Below are positions 49,026 to 59,111 of a stretch of DNA of 64,000 nucleotides, one piece after another. Within the stretch, counting starts at the first letter, position 1, and every line of letters starts with the position of its first letter. The notes beneath the pieces are model-generated. The model saw only the letters and a program-made list of their open reading frames with translations, had not been told where the DNA came from and searched no databases. Origin of the DNA: an uncultured Phascolarctobacterium sp. (lineage in GTDB: Bacteria > Bacillota > Negativicutes > Acidaminococcales > Acidaminococcaceae); the NCBI RefSeq assembly GCF_900544795.1, contig NZ_UQWM01000001.1; one strand, 5' to 3'. The position numbers were made by a program, and so were the translations under genes.

Positions 49026-50420
49026 TTATTTTTCACCGCTGATCCTGGCACCTATCTGGCGCGCTACATGGACGCCGCTGGCACTGGCCTGTGACAAGCC
49101 TCTGGTGATGCCGGCGCCGTCGCCGACGGCAAACAGGTTGGGGATTTTCGTTTCCAGCTTGTCATCAAGCTCCAGCCGCGCGCTGTAGAATTTTACCTCG
49201 ACGCCGTACAGCAAGGTATCGGCGTTGGCCATGCCCGGTGCCACTTTATCCAGCGCATAGATCATTTCGATGATATTATCCAGATGACGCTTGGGCAGTA
49301 CCAGGCTCAAATCGCCGGGAGTCGCTGCCAGTGTCGGTTTGGTAAAGCTTTTTTCCAACCGCCGCTCGTTAGTACGGCGTCCCTTGATCAGGTCGCCGAA
49401 ACGCTGGAGCAGCACGCCCCCGCCCAGCATATTGGAGAAAGACGCGATGCGCTTGCCGTACTGATGGGGTTCGGTAAACGGCTCGGTAAATTTGTTGCTG
49501 ACCAGCAGCGCAAAATTGGTGTTATGACTGTGCAGCTTGGGGTCACGGAAGCTATGGCCGTTGACAGTGATGATACCGTCGGTATTTTCCGCCACCACAT
49601 AGCCGTTGGGATTCATACAGAAGGTCCGCACCAGATCGTTATACTGCCGGGTACGGTAAACCAGCTTCGCTTCATACACCTCGTCGGTGATATGCTTAAA
49701 GACCTGCGCCGGCACCTCTACCCGCACGCCTACGTCCACCTGGTTATTGATGAACGACAGACCCAGCCCACGGCACTGGTCTGTAAACCATTCCGCACCG
49801 GCACGTCCCGGAGCAGCGATCAGATAGTCACAACGGACATCGGGCTTGTCCTCACCACGCACGGTCAGCTCGAAGCCTTCGCCGTGGCGTTTGATGGTTT
49901 CTACATGGGTGTTGCAGCGGATCTCCATCCGCTCTGCCAGATATTTATAGATATGCTCCATAATGATGAGGTTATTTTCTGTACCCAGATGCCGCACCTT
50001 CGCATTTAAAAGATGCAGGTCGTGGCCCAAAGCCAAACCGCCGATCGTACTGTTTTTGGTGCTGAAATATTCGCCGGGTGCACCATGACGGCAATTAAGC
50101 TCGTCCACATAATCGATCAGCTCGATCACATCCTTTTCGGGGATGTATTCGTTGAGCCAGCCGCCGAATTCCGTCGTAAAATTATATTTACCATCGGAAA
50201 AAGCGCCGGCGCCGCCGAAGCCGCGCATAATGTCACAAGGCACGCAGCGCAGACAGTGGTCAACTTTTTTCGACGCCAGAGGGCACTCACGTTTCTCGAT
50301 CGGGTTGCCCTCCTCCAGCATGATCAGCTTGACCGTCGGATACTTCAGGGTAAACTCATAGGCCGCAAAAACAGCGGCGGGACCGCCGCCAATGATCGCT
50401 ACATCGTAGTTCTCGTACAT
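49026..50420 (-). CDS. FAD-dependent oxidoreductase (COG2509-type)
   Basis: Dinucleotide fold YDVAIIGGGPAAVFAAYEF. Second GxGxxG-like region GDGAGITRG near the C-terminus. Confidence 0.7.
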   Translation of the reverse strand: MYENYDVAIIGGGPAAVFAAYEFTLKYPTVKLIMLEEGNPIEKRECPLASKKVDHCLRCVPCDIMRGFGGAGAFSDGKYNFTTEFGGWLNEYIPEKDVIELIDYVDELNCRHGAPGEYFSTKNSTIGGLALGHDLHLLNAKVRHLGTENNLIIMEHIYKYLAERMEIRCNTHVETIKRHGEGFELTVRGEDKPDVRCDYLIAAPGRAGAEWFTDQCRGLGLSFINNQVDVGVRVEVPAQVFKHITDEVYEAKLVYRTRQYNDLVRTFCMNPNGYVVAENTDGIITVNGHSFRDPKLHSHNTNFALLVSNKFTEPFTEPHQYGKRIASFSNMLGGGVLLQRFGDLIKGRRTNERRLEKSFTKPTLAATPGDLSLVLPKRHLDNIIEMIYALDKVAPGMANADTLLYGVEVKFYSARLELDDKLETKIPNLFAVGDGAGITRGLSQASASGVHVARQIGARISGEK

Positions 50421-50455
50421 AAAGGACCTCCGTTCATAATGTTGCTTCTATAAAA

Positions 50456-50977
50456 TTATAAATCGTACTTTTTACTTTCATCCCCCAAAGGCTCATCTTT
50501 TTTGGGGTCGTTTTTAAACAAATCGATATTTTTCTTTGCTTCACGCAAAGCGTCGTCATAAACAGTTTTAAAAGGGCTCAGGTCTGCCGGCTTACCGGCC
50601 TTCAGCCACTCGGTCACCACTCGTCCCAAAGCGTAGGTCGTGCCCACGGCTACAGGTATCTGTAAGGGTGCAAAAGGTATCAAAGTCGTCAGCGTACTGC
50701 CTACAAAATAAGCGCCTAAAGAGCTCAGCAGGCTTACTGCCGCCTTTTCGCCTATTTCCTCTTCATAAACGCCGCCTAATTTTATTACCAGGTACACATC
50801 ATTGGCGATCAGCGCCATCGTACCCACCAGCGGTGCTACCACGATAACGCCGGCGCGGGCTGCCGCCCAGCGGCATAAAGCCTCAGCTTCTTCCTGACGG
50901 GACCTGTCATCGATAACGGTCACTTTCGTTTGTTCTGTATCCATTTGCATGACCTCCTTCAAGGCACAATAAACCAC
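50456..50977 (-). CDS. Hypothetical protein (possibly DUF697-like)
   Basis: 173 aa with a Gly/Ala-rich hydrophobic core and charged termini. No confident family. Confidence 0.4.
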   Translation of the reverse strand: MVYCALKEVMQMDTEQTKVTVIDDRSRQEEAEALCRWAAARAGVIVVAPLVGTMALIANDVYLVIKLGGVYEEEIGEKAAVSLLSSLGAYFVGSTLTTLIPFAPLQIPVAVGTTYALGRVVTEWLKAGKPADLSPFKTVYDDALREAKKNIDLFKNDPKKDEPLGDESKKYDL

Positions 50978-51100
50978 TTATTATAATTCGCAATATTCCT
51001 GAAAAATCCTGCCAAAAGCACCGAATAAATCCGGCGCGGCACAACAAAACCGCAGGCCTTTCAGCCTGCGGTCTCCAGTAGCGTGTTTTTATGATGGCAG

Positions 51101-51481
51101 TTAAATATTTTCGGCTGCTTTTTTCGCAAGCTGCTGACGCATATACTCGGTTACCAGCACCGTGCTTTCTTCAAACAGCACCAGCGCGTGCTCGGCTTTC
51201 TTTTCCAAAAAGGGGATCAATTTTTCCAAATTCTCTCTGGTATCGACGATAGTGACCAGCACAGGCAAATTGGAAACACCGGTGAACAGTGACACCGGAC
51301 GGCGGTCGATGCCGCGCACTTCGGTAGCATAGCCTTCGATACCTTTGATAACAGTAGCGCCCGCTATTTTCAATTTTCTCGCCTCGTCCAAGATAGTCCT
51401 GTACAGAGGTTCATCGCCGACGATAACGTCTTCGCCAGTATAAATTTTCAGCATCCAGCATTTTCTAAATTCTGCCGTCAT
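51101..51481 (-). CDS. DUF190-family (PII-like fold) protein
   Basis: MLKIYTGEDVIVGDEPLYRTILDEARKLKIAGATVIKGIEGY matches the DUF190 signature. Confidence 0.55.
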   Translation of the reverse strand: MTAEFRKCWMLKIYTGEDVIVGDEPLYRTILDEARKLKIAGATVIKGIEGYATEVRGIDRRPVSLFTGVSNLPVLVTIVDTRENLEKLIPFLEKKAEHALVLFEESTVLVTEYMRQQLAKKAAENI

Positions 51482-51687
51482 GGTAAATCACGCCTTTCCG
51501 TAAATTATTCTTCTTCTGTTACTTTAATTATAGCACGGTCTTTCTGAAAAAGCATACGCTTTAAGGCAGCAGCAATAAATAATTTTTGTAACACAAATTG
51601 CACTTTGGCTCTGCTTGAAAATTAGGCCTCAGCCCGCCCGTAAATTTGGTATAATAAAACAAATACCATACACTCAGGAGGTACGCC

Positions 51688-52851
51688 ATGTCTGTTACCT
51701 GTCAGGACCTACTGCCTTTAAAATATTTTGACCGCATCAAACTGGTGGCCGGGCATAACGGCCTCGACCGCACCGTCACCTGGCCCTATGTCGGCCAGAC
51801 TTCCACCGTTTCCCAATGGGTGCACGGTGGCGAATTGCTGTTTATCACCGGCATCGCTCACAGCGCCGACAAGCTGAAAGGCCTCATCTGGGAATGTATC
51901 CAGAAAAAACTGGCCGGCCTGGTCATCCTCGTCGGCAACGAATATATCAATGCTATCCCGGCCGAACTACTGGAGCAGGCTGACGCCGCCGACTTTCCCC
52001 TGTTCGAGATGCCCTGGGACGTGAAGCTGATCGACGTGACACGCGAGATCACCGACCTGATCATGCGCGATAAATTCGAGGTCAAAAAATCAAAAAACTT
52101 TTTAGGCCGCCTGCTCTTTGCCTCCGACGTAGACTACCAGCAGATGCTGGACACGGCAGTCATCAATGATATCGAGCTGCTGGAACATAAATTCATCACC
52201 ATCTTTAATTTGGGACGTCCTACCGCCGAGGCTGTAGAAGACGCAGTGCACGACAGCACTGAAGACAAAATGCAGCACTCTATCGACAACCTGTGCAAAG
52301 ACAACCGGATCCCCGTAGTGACCCTGGTCTACGGCAACAACGTCATTTGCCTGGTCAGCGCCGCCACCACCGCCAAAGCCGCCGAGGCTGCTGCCTATAT
52401 GGAAACGGTCCACGGGCTTTTAAAGCAGATCTACAGCGGCAGCGACCTCTATATCAGCTTTGGGCGAGTCTACACGGCTATCGAGCAGATCAAAGACAGC
52501 TATCAGGAAGCGCAGAAAGCCCTTTCACTGTGGAAAAAAATGAACCGTGCCGAGCACATCGTCTATTATTCGCGCTTGGGACTGTACCGCCTGCTCTTTA
52601 AAATCGAGGACAAAGAAGAGATCCGCGAATACTACCGCTATAACCTGAACGTACTGCTGGAGACCCTGCGTCAGTACCTGTACTGCAACGGCAATCTGGT
52701 CAAGACCTCGCAGGCCCTGTTCATCCACCGCAACACCCTGCTGTACCGGCTCAACCAGATCCGTGACCTGCTGGGCAAGGATATCGACGACGCCCTGGTA
52801 CGGCTGAACCTGTTCAACAGTATCGTCGCCAAAGATTATTTGGGCGAATAA
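51688..52851 (+). CDS. PucR-family transcriptional regulator
   Basis: C-terminal PucR-type HTH (KTSQALFIHRNTLLYRLNQIRDLLGKDIDD). Confidence 0.75.
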   Translation: MSVTCQDLLPLKYFDRIKLVAGHNGLDRTVTWPYVGQTSTVSQWVHGGELLFITGIAHSADKLKGLIWECIQKKLAGLVILVGNEYINAIPAELLEQADAADFPLFEMPWDVKLIDVTREITDLIMRDKFEVKKSKNFLGRLLFASDVDYQQMLDTAVINDIELLEHKFITIFNLGRPTAEAVEDAVHDSTEDKMQHSIDNLCKDNRIPVVTLVYGNNVICLVSAATTAKAAEAAAYMETVHGLLKQIYSGSDLYISFGRVYTAIEQIKDSYQEAQKALSLWKKMNRAEHIVYYSRLGLYRLLFKIEDKEEIREYYRYNLNVLLETLRQYLYCNGNLVKTSQALFIHRNTLLYRLNQIRDLLGKDIDDALVRLNLFNSIVAKDYLGE

Positions 52852-52859
52852 AAACAAAA

Positions 52860-52905
52860 AAGAATCGGCCCCCCAAGCAGTAAGCTGGCCGATTCTTTTT
52901 TCTTT
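52860..52905 (+). terminator. Terminator after the PucR gene
   Basis: gaatcggcc-N16-ggccgattc hairpin followed by T-run. Confidence 0.65.
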
Positions 52906-52950
52906 ATTTGTAGGAGGATTTGTAAGTTTGTTCAAAATTAAGATGCAGTA

Positions 52951-53628
52951 TCAGCCTTCCGGAATGGTAACGACCTCTTCGGGCGGCTTTTTTTCTTTAG
53001 CCAGCGACAGGGTCACCACGCCTATCATTATCAGGGCACAAGCCATGATTTTGATGGTAGTAACAGTTTCGCCCAAAAGCAGCACGCCGCAAATGATACT
53101 GGTGATCGGCTCGAAGGTAGTCAAAATAGCTGCCGTCGAAGCGCCTACATGTTTGATGCCGATTTGCAGCAGCGACAGAGCCACTACAGTGCAAAGCAGC
53201 GCGAATACTATAGAAATATACCAGGCCTCAGGCGTCAAAGTCGTCAATGTCAGTTGGCCAGTACCCATACCGAAGATACCCATAGCGATGGACGACATCA
53301 GCGCCACATAGAAGGTGATTTTAAAAACAGGCTGGTTTTTAAGCCCGCTCTTGTCCATGTAAATGATGTAAAAAGCATAGGTCACACCGGAAGCTACTGC
53401 TAAAAACAGGCCCATGAAGGTGCCGCCGCCAAAGCCGGCGCTCATATCGACACCGAAGAAGAAACAGGCGATGCCCGAGGTTGCTATCAACAGAGCGAAA
53501 AACTTCTGCATACCCAGTTTCTCTTTGTAAAACATTACGCAGCCCAAAGTAACGAACACCGGATAAATAAAGTGGATCGTCGTCGCTACGCCCACGTCGA
53601 TCAGGGAGAAGGAAATAAACAGCATCAA
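52951..53628 (-). pseudogene. EamA/DMT-family transporter lacking its N-terminal segment (about 225 of about 300 aa)
   Basis: Seven TM helices corresponding to the C-terminal two-thirds of an EamA protein. In-frame stop 12 codons upstream of the start. No upstream TM-encoding frame. Confidence 0.5.
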
Positions 53629-53639
53629 GGTAGTAACAG

Positions 53640-53802
53640 CATCGAAGCAGGCAAGCCTGCCAACTTTATCGTGCTTAATGCCAAAGGAGAATTTGAGGCT
53701 GTCTGCAACCGTGTTTCCGTAGCCTGCTCCGTCCGCGACGGCGAATTCCTTTTTGAACGCACACCCGAAGTCATCAATACTGCTAACAGCTTGTTGAAAT
53801 AA
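53640..53802 (+). pseudogene. C-terminal remnant of an amidohydrolase-superfamily gene (cytosine or guanine deaminase / SsnA-like tail)
   Basis: ...IEAGKPANFIVLNAKGEF...RVSVACSVRDGEFLF resembles the conserved amidohydrolase C-terminus (GKxADLVVLD....V..V.V.G..V). No upstream remainder. Followed by a perfect terminator. Confidence 0.35.
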
Positions 53803-53811
53803 GCGCTATAT

Positions 53812-53850
53812 GGCAAAAATCCTGATAGAAAATTCTATCAGGATTTTTTG
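53812..53850. terminator. Bidirectional terminator
   Basis: atcctgataga-aaat-tctatcaggat perfect hairpin flanked by A5 and T6. Confidence 0.7.
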
Positions 53851-53924
53851 CTTTTGTTCTATGAGTTTTTATTGTTCATTTCTTTTGGCGGCAAAAGACG
53901 GATAATAATGTACCTGCTCTGCCA

Positions 53925-53970
53925 AATAATAAAACAGGGCAGATCTTCATCGATCTGTCCTGTTTTATTT
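53925..53970. terminator. Orphan hairpin terminator in non-coding DNA
   Basis: cagggcagat-N8-atctgccctg with flanking A and T runs; no adjacent gene end. Confidence 0.45.
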
Positions 53971-54175
53971 GCAAATCCACATAAAAAATACATGTATACA
54001 TAAGCCGTTATGGCAGGACTTCCAGTATCTTTGCAGAAGTATTTATATACAAAGAACAAACAAGTAATCACTTAAAATTCATCACTCTCACCTGACTATC
54101 GCGGAGTGTTACTACTACCGCCTGTAACATTTCCGATTTAACTATAGATGCGGATGTTTTAAGGAGGGATTTACC

Positions 54176-54616
54176 ATGATGAAAAAGATTCTTGTACCGT
54201 TTGACGGTTCTGAAACCGCGCATCGCGCACTGGATTTTGCAGCAGGCCTGGGGCAGCCCTTTGGCAGTGAGATCATGGTGGTCAACGTTATCGTGCCCTA
54301 TGACTTCACCAAAGTACCGCCCAGAAAACCCAAGAATGCTATCGAAGAAGCTGAAATGGCTGCTAAAGAACCCGAACCGACACCGCTCGACATTGCTAAA
54401 GTGCTTTTAGACAAACTTGGTTACACCAGCGCTTCCTACAGGCTGATCGTAGATATCGACCCGGCTGAAAGGATTTTGGAATATGCCAAAAACTCCGAAG
54501 TCGATATGATCATCCTCGGCAACAGAGGCATGGGTATGCTGGCCGAGCTGCTGATGGGCAGCGTGAGCATGAAGATCTCCCAATATGCAGATTGCCCCGT
54601 AGTGATCGTGAAATAA
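54176..54616 (+). CDS. Universal stress protein (UspA family)
   Basis: KILVPFDGSETA...LGNRGMGMLAELLMGSVS motifs. RBS AAGGAGGG. Confidence 0.8.
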   Translation: MMKKILVPFDGSETAHRALDFAAGLGQPFGSEIMVVNVIVPYDFTKVPPRKPKNAIEEAEMAAKEPEPTPLDIAKVLLDKLGYTSASYRLIVDIDPAERILEYAKNSEVDMIILGNRGMGMLAELLMGSVSMKISQYADCPVVIVK

Positions 54617-54654
54617 TTAACATACAAGTTCCCGTCTAGTGAAGGCGGTAATCC

Positions 54655-54700
54655 CTTGGAAAAGGCCCCTCACCCACTGGAGGTGAGGGGCCTGGTGTTT
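54655..54700. terminator. Bidirectional terminator
   Basis: ggcccctcaccc-N7-gtgaggggcc hairpin. Confidence 0.7.
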
Positions 54701-54707
54701 TCAGATG

Positions 54708-55529
54708 CTATTTGGCCGTCAGCGCATCGTTCATACTGCCGCTGCGAAAGCCCTCTAAATCTAAACTGATATAGGTAAAACCCGCTGCCTTTAATGCAGC
54801 TACTACTTTTTGGCGCAGCTCAGGCTGCGCTATTCTTTCGATAGCGACCTGCGGCACCTCAATGCGCGCCAAGCCACCGTGATAGCGTACCCGCATCTCG
54901 GCAAAGCCTAAATCAAGCAGCGCCTGCTCTGCCGACTCGATCATTTGCAGCTTAGCAGCAGTGATCGGCTCTCCGTAAGGAATACGCGACGCCAAACAGG
55001 CGTAAGAAGGCTTGTTCCAGGTGAACAGCCCAAACTCCTGCGAAAGCTGGCGCAGCTCGTCCTTAGTAAGCCCCACCTGCCGGAAGGGACTTTGGATACC
55101 AAGTTCCGCCGTCGCCTTCATGCCGGGGCGGTAATCGCCCTCGTCGTCAACATTGGCGCCGTCAGCCACATTGGCGCAGTGGTGCAGTGCCGCCATTTCC
55201 TGCACTGTTTCAAACAAAGCCAGCTTGCAGTAATAGCAGCGTTCCGGGCCGTTCTCGGCAAAGCCGGGGACAGCCAGCTGGTCGACGCCCACTTCGATAT
55301 GGGGCACCTGCAACTGCTGCAACAGTCGGGCCGCATCTTTGGCCTCGTGGGCCGGGTAACTGGGCGTAAGCACCGTAACGGCCAGCACCTGCTCCTTCCC
55401 CAACGCCTCACGGGCCGCATACAGCAGCAGCGCCGAATCGACACCGCCGGAAAAGGCTACGGCCACACTGCCGTAGCCGCGCAGCAGTTCCAGTAGATTT
55501 TCGTATTTTTTTTGTACTTCTGCTTGCAT
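54708..55529 (-). CDS. larE: PP-loop ATP pyrophosphatase of the LarE family (ATP-dependent sacrificial sulfur transferase-like)
   Basis: SGGVDS PP-loop in VAVAFSGGVDSALL; size and conserved Cys region (SYACLASR) as in LarE/TIGR00268. Confidence 0.6.
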   Translation of the reverse strand: MQAEVQKKYENLLELLRGYGSVAVAFSGGVDSALLLYAAREALGKEQVLAVTVLTPSYPAHEAKDAARLLQQLQVPHIEVGVDQLAVPGFAENGPERCYYCKLALFETVQEMAALHHCANVADGANVDDEGDYRPGMKATAELGIQSPFRQVGLTKDELRQLSQEFGLFTWNKPSYACLASRIPYGEPITAAKLQMIESAEQALLDLGFAEMRVRYHGGLARIEVPQVAIERIAQPELRQKVVAALKAAGFTYISLDLEGFRSGSMNDALTAK

Positions 55530-55544
55530 TTTACACCGCCTGTC

Positions 55545-57026
55545 TTAATTTTGACGATTGACCAGATCTTCGATAGCATTTTCGCGCAAGGACGTTTTCA
55601 TGATTTTGCCCGTACCGTTTTTGGGCAGCTGCTCGCAGAAAAAGAAATATTTAGGCACCTTATAGTTGGCCATTCGTGCCATCAAAAAGCGCCGCAACTG
55701 TGGTTTGGTAGCCTCCTGCCCTTCCTTCAGCACTACATAAGCGCACACAGCCTGGCCGCGCAGCTTGTCGGGCACACCCACTACGGCATTCTCCTGCACC
55801 GCAGGGTGCGTATACAGGGCTTCTTCCACCTCGCGGGGATACACATTCTCGCCACCGGTGATGATCATATCCTTAAGCCGGTCCACGATAAAAATATAAC
55901 CCTCGTCATCCCGATAGGCCAAGTCGCCCGTATGCAGCCAGCCACCGCGCAAAGCGGCGGCAGTTGCTTCGAGGCGGTTTAAATAACCCAGCATCACATT
56001 AGCGCCCCGGACGCATAACTCGCCCACAGTGCCATTAGCAACAATCTGGTCGTTGTCGTCGCGGATCTCCACCTGTACGTTAGGCAGCTGCGGCCCGATA
56101 GAGCCGATCTTGATTTTTTCTGCTGGGTTGACCGTACAGACAGGCGACGCTTCCGAAAGGCCGTAGCCCTCCTGGACCGGTTTCCCGAATTTCTTTTTAA
56201 AATCTTTGGCCAGCTTTTGCGGCAGCGAAGCCCCACCGCTGATAAAAAAACGGACCGATGCCAACTGCTCAGGTTCGGCTCCCTTTTCAAACATCTGGAT
56301 CATGGTAGGAACACCGGCAAATTGATCGATTTGATATTTTTTGATCAAACGCAAAGCGTCGAGTAAAGTGTAATTTTCCTGCACTACGATACAGCCGCCG
56401 TGCAGCAGCGGGCCTGAAACAGAGACCGTCCAGGCAAAGCAATGGTACATGGGCAGTACGCACAGGCTCTTGTCCGTCGAATACATCAGCACCCGCTCAG
56501 TAAAGTCGTGGGCGTTGGCCACTAAATTGCGGTGCGACAGCATGGCGCCCTTGGGGTAGCCGGTGGTGCCGCTGGTATAAATAATCGTGCAGTTGTCGTT
56601 TTCGTCCAGCTCGGCTGCTGCGTAAGCGTGTTCCGTCGTCTGGCGCAAGTCGTCAAAATCAAGCTGTACCAAAGGCCCGCAGCCCCGTTCCGCTAAAGCG
56701 GCGGCCAGCTCCAGCTTCTGCCGTGCCACCATCACCTTCATATCGGCGTCCTGCACGATATAGGCTACTTCGGGTGCAGCAAGCTGAAAATTGAAGGGCA
56801 CTACCACGCCACCGGCCTTGATGATAGCCAGATAAGCAATAACGAACTCACTACAGTTTTTGCTTAAAAGGCCCACCTTGTCGCCCTTACGGACACCGTG
56901 GCTTTGCAAATGCGCCGCCCACAAGGTGATTTCTGCGCGCAGCTGGCCGTAGGTCAGCATTTTATCCTGACAAACGAGGGCTGGAGACTCGGCCGGGTGC
57001 TTATTTATAATCTCATAAAATAACAT
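55545..57026 (-). CDS. Long-chain fatty acid--CoA ligase (AMP-binding enzyme)
   Basis: AMP-binding signature IIYTSGTTGYPKGAMLSHRNL, GYGLSE, C-terminal lid. Start at MLFYEI with RBS GGGGAGAG. Confidence 0.85.
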   Translation of the reverse strand: MLFYEIINKHPAESPALVCQDKMLTYGQLRAEITLWAAHLQSHGVRKGDKVGLLSKNCSEFVIAYLAIIKAGGVVVPFNFQLAAPEVAYIVQDADMKVMVARQKLELAAALAERGCGPLVQLDFDDLRQTTEHAYAAAELDENDNCTIIYTSGTTGYPKGAMLSHRNLVANAHDFTERVLMYSTDKSLCVLPMYHCFAWTVSVSGPLLHGGCIVVQENYTLLDALRLIKKYQIDQFAGVPTMIQMFEKGAEPEQLASVRFFISGGASLPQKLAKDFKKKFGKPVQEGYGLSEASPVCTVNPAEKIKIGSIGPQLPNVQVEIRDDNDQIVANGTVGELCVRGANVMLGYLNRLEATAAALRGGWLHTGDLAYRDDEGYIFIVDRLKDMIITGGENVYPREVEEALYTHPAVQENAVVGVPDKLRGQAVCAYVVLKEGQEATKPQLRRFLMARMANYKVPKYFFFCEQLPKNGTGKIMKTSLRENAIEDLVNRQN

Positions 57027-57195
57027 AACTTCTCTCCCCATTGCAGCGGCCTCGCCGCCCAATTTCACCACCACCCTGATTTTTGGCAGCAGTATATGAT
57101 TATTATACTAAATAAAAGCCCACTTGCACAATGCTAAAAATCAGGTTAAGATGTAGTATGTAAAATATAACTTCCCAGAAAGGCAGATTTAATAA

Positions 57196-57588
57196 ATGAA
57201 AATTGAGTTAAGACCCGGTCTTCAAGGACGAGCCGAAGCAATCGTCGATACCACCAATGTTGCAGCAGTTATGGGCAGCGGTGATCTTGATGTTTTTGCC
57301 ACTCCGGCCATGATAGCCCTAATGGAGCAGGCCGCCTGCAATGCAATTGTTCCATGTCTGGATTCCTCAACCAGCAGCGTTGGCATCAAAATGGATACTA
57401 CACATGAGGCAGCCACACTACTAGGTAAAAAAATTATTGCCACGGCCAAGCTGGTAGCCGTTGATGGACGCAAACTGACCTTTAAGGTAGGCGCCTGCGA
57501 TGACCACGGCCCCATCGGCACCGGTACGCACGAGCGTTTTCTGATCGACGCTGCAAAATTCATGGATAAGCTGGCGGCAAAGGGTTAA
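57196..57588 (+). CDS. Hotdog-fold thioesterase-family protein (FlK-like)
   Basis: 130 aa. Pattern GTGTHERF typical of this thioesterase subfamily. Divergent from the acyl-CoA ligase. Confidence 0.6.
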   Translation: MKIELRPGLQGRAEAIVDTTNVAAVMGSGDLDVFATPAMIALMEQAACNAIVPCLDSSTSSVGIKMDTTHEAATLLGKKIIATAKLVAVDGRKLTFKVGACDDHGPIGTGTHERFLIDAAKFMDKLAAKG

Positions 57589-57596
57589 AGACCCAG

Positions 57597-57632
57597 TGAC
57601 GCAAAAACTCCCGCTCGGCGGGAGTTTTTTTA
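57597..57632 (+). terminator. Rho-independent terminator
   Basis: aactcccgc-tcgg-cgggagtt hairpin followed by T8. Confidence 0.75.
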
Positions 57633-57700
57633 TTGCACAAAAAACGCCTCCGCAGCAGCTGCTCCGAAGGCATTTTCGTTATTATCATACTTGCTGCGAT

Positions 57701-58267
57701 CTATTCCCGCAATTGGGCAACATCAGGCATAGCCACGCGCAAGGGCTTCCATAAAACAGCGGCGATAGTATAATCTATCAGCGAATGCAGCAGCGTACCG
57801 CCACCCACCAAAACTAACACGCTCATCAAATAGCCTGTTTCCAGCTGTTCGGGCTTAAACATATAGCCCGCCATAAAAAACGGCGACACCACTGCCACCT
57901 CACAGGCTGCGTGCACTAAAGCCAGCCCCCCATTAAATACCATGGACGAGGCCGGTTTTTCGATGATACTGGGTATTTTTTTGATCAGCAACGCTCCGAT
58001 AATGGCAAATACGATATGACTTGCCGCACGCAAAGCAATGATCAGCGGCGTGGTAAGGAAAAAGCCCAGGGTAGTACCGATGCAAACGGCTACCGCCACT
58101 GCCGGCGAAATAAACATAGCCAGAAAAATAGCCACATGGCTGGCCAGCGTAAACGACATGGGCCCCAGCACTATTTTAGGCATGAACATGGGAATGACAA
58201 GGCCAACGGCGCACAACACGCCCGCTACAACCAGCTGCAAAATCTTTTTATTCTTCATTTCGTACAT
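57701..58267 (-). CDS. ECF-transporter S (substrate-capture) component; substrate unknown
   Basis: About 185 aa, six TM helices, typical small S-component architecture. Confidence 0.55.
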   Translation of the reverse strand: MYEMKNKKILQLVVAGVLCAVGLVIPMFMPKIVLGPMSFTLASHVAIFLAMFISPAVAVAVCIGTTLGFFLTTPLIIALRAASHIVFAIIGALLIKKIPSIIEKPASSMVFNGGLALVHAACEVAVVSPFFMAGYMFKPEQLETGYLMSVLVLVGGGTLLHSLIDYTIAAVLWKPLRVAMPDVAQLRE

Positions 58268-58337
58268 TACCTTCCTTCAAGCAGAATAGCAGCTATGGCA
58301 ACGCTCCATGATCCAGCAATGCAGCTGTTGATATATT

Positions 58338-59099
58338 TTATTTGAGCACGGTTTGTAAAAACGTCTGTAAGCGTTCATTTTTGGGATTGGTAAAAATATC
58401 TTCAGGGCGGCCCTGCTCCTGCACCTTGCCGTCCGCCATAAAAATAACCTTGGTCGCCACCTCACGGGCAAAGCCCATTTCGTGGGTCACTACCACCATC
58501 GTCATTTTTTCTTCGGCCAGCTCGCGCATAGTGCGCAGCACTTCGCCCGTCAGCTCCGGGTCAAGTGAAGAGGTCGGTTCGTCAAAAAGCATGATCGAAG
58601 GCTTCATGGCCAAAGCACGGGCGATAGCCACACGCTGCTGCTGCCCGCCCGAAAGCTTACGCGGATAAACGTCCGCTTTTTCGGACAAGCCAACCTTTGC
58701 TAACAGCTCCCTTGCTTCCCGCACCACTTCGTCCTTATTGCGCTTCTGCACCTGCAATGGCGCTTCGATCAGGTTTTCCAGCACCGTCATATGTGGAAAC
58801 AGATTGAACTGCTGAAAGACCATGCCCATTTTGCAGGCGATGCGGCGGCTGGCGTCACCGGGGGCGTATTCCACCTCGCCGGTGCTGTTAGTATCGGCCA
58901 GCAACTCACCGTCGATAATAACAGTGCCCTTGTTGATGGTCTCCAGCTTATTAAGACAGCGCAGCAAGGTGCTTTTACCGCTGCCGCTGGGCCCGATGAC
59001 GGCGATAACTTCGCCCTCCTCCACATCAAGGTCGATGCCCTGCAGCACCTCCAGCTCCTGGAAACTTTTATAAATATTGCGTGCTTCGATTTTTTTCAT
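58338..59099 (-). CDS. Polar amino-acid ABC transporter ATP-binding protein
   Basis: Walker [10 protein letters not shown], signature [14 protein letters not shown], Walker [12 protein letters not shown]. Confidence 0.85.
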   Translation of the reverse strand: MKKIEARNIYKSFQELEVLQGIDLDVEEGEVIAVIGPSGSGKSTLLRCLNKLETINKGTVIIDGELLADTNSTGEVEYAPGDASRRIACKMGMVFQQFNLFPHMTVLENLIEAPLQVQKRNKDEVVREARELLAKVGLSEKADVYPRKLSGGQQQRVAIARALAMKPSIMLFDEPTSSLDPELTGEVLRTMRELAEEKMTMVVVTHEMGFAREVATKVIFMADGKVQEQGRPEDIFTNPKNERLQTFLQTVLK

Positions 59100-59111
59100 G
59101 GTCTACTCCCA

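Noticed and set aside
49284-50009. 241-aa plus-strand ORF
   Set aside because: Antisense to the FAD-dependent oxidoreductase gene.
53859-54071. 70-aa minus ORF
   Set aside because: Spans an orphan terminator hairpin in AT-rich non-coding DNA, with no RBS.
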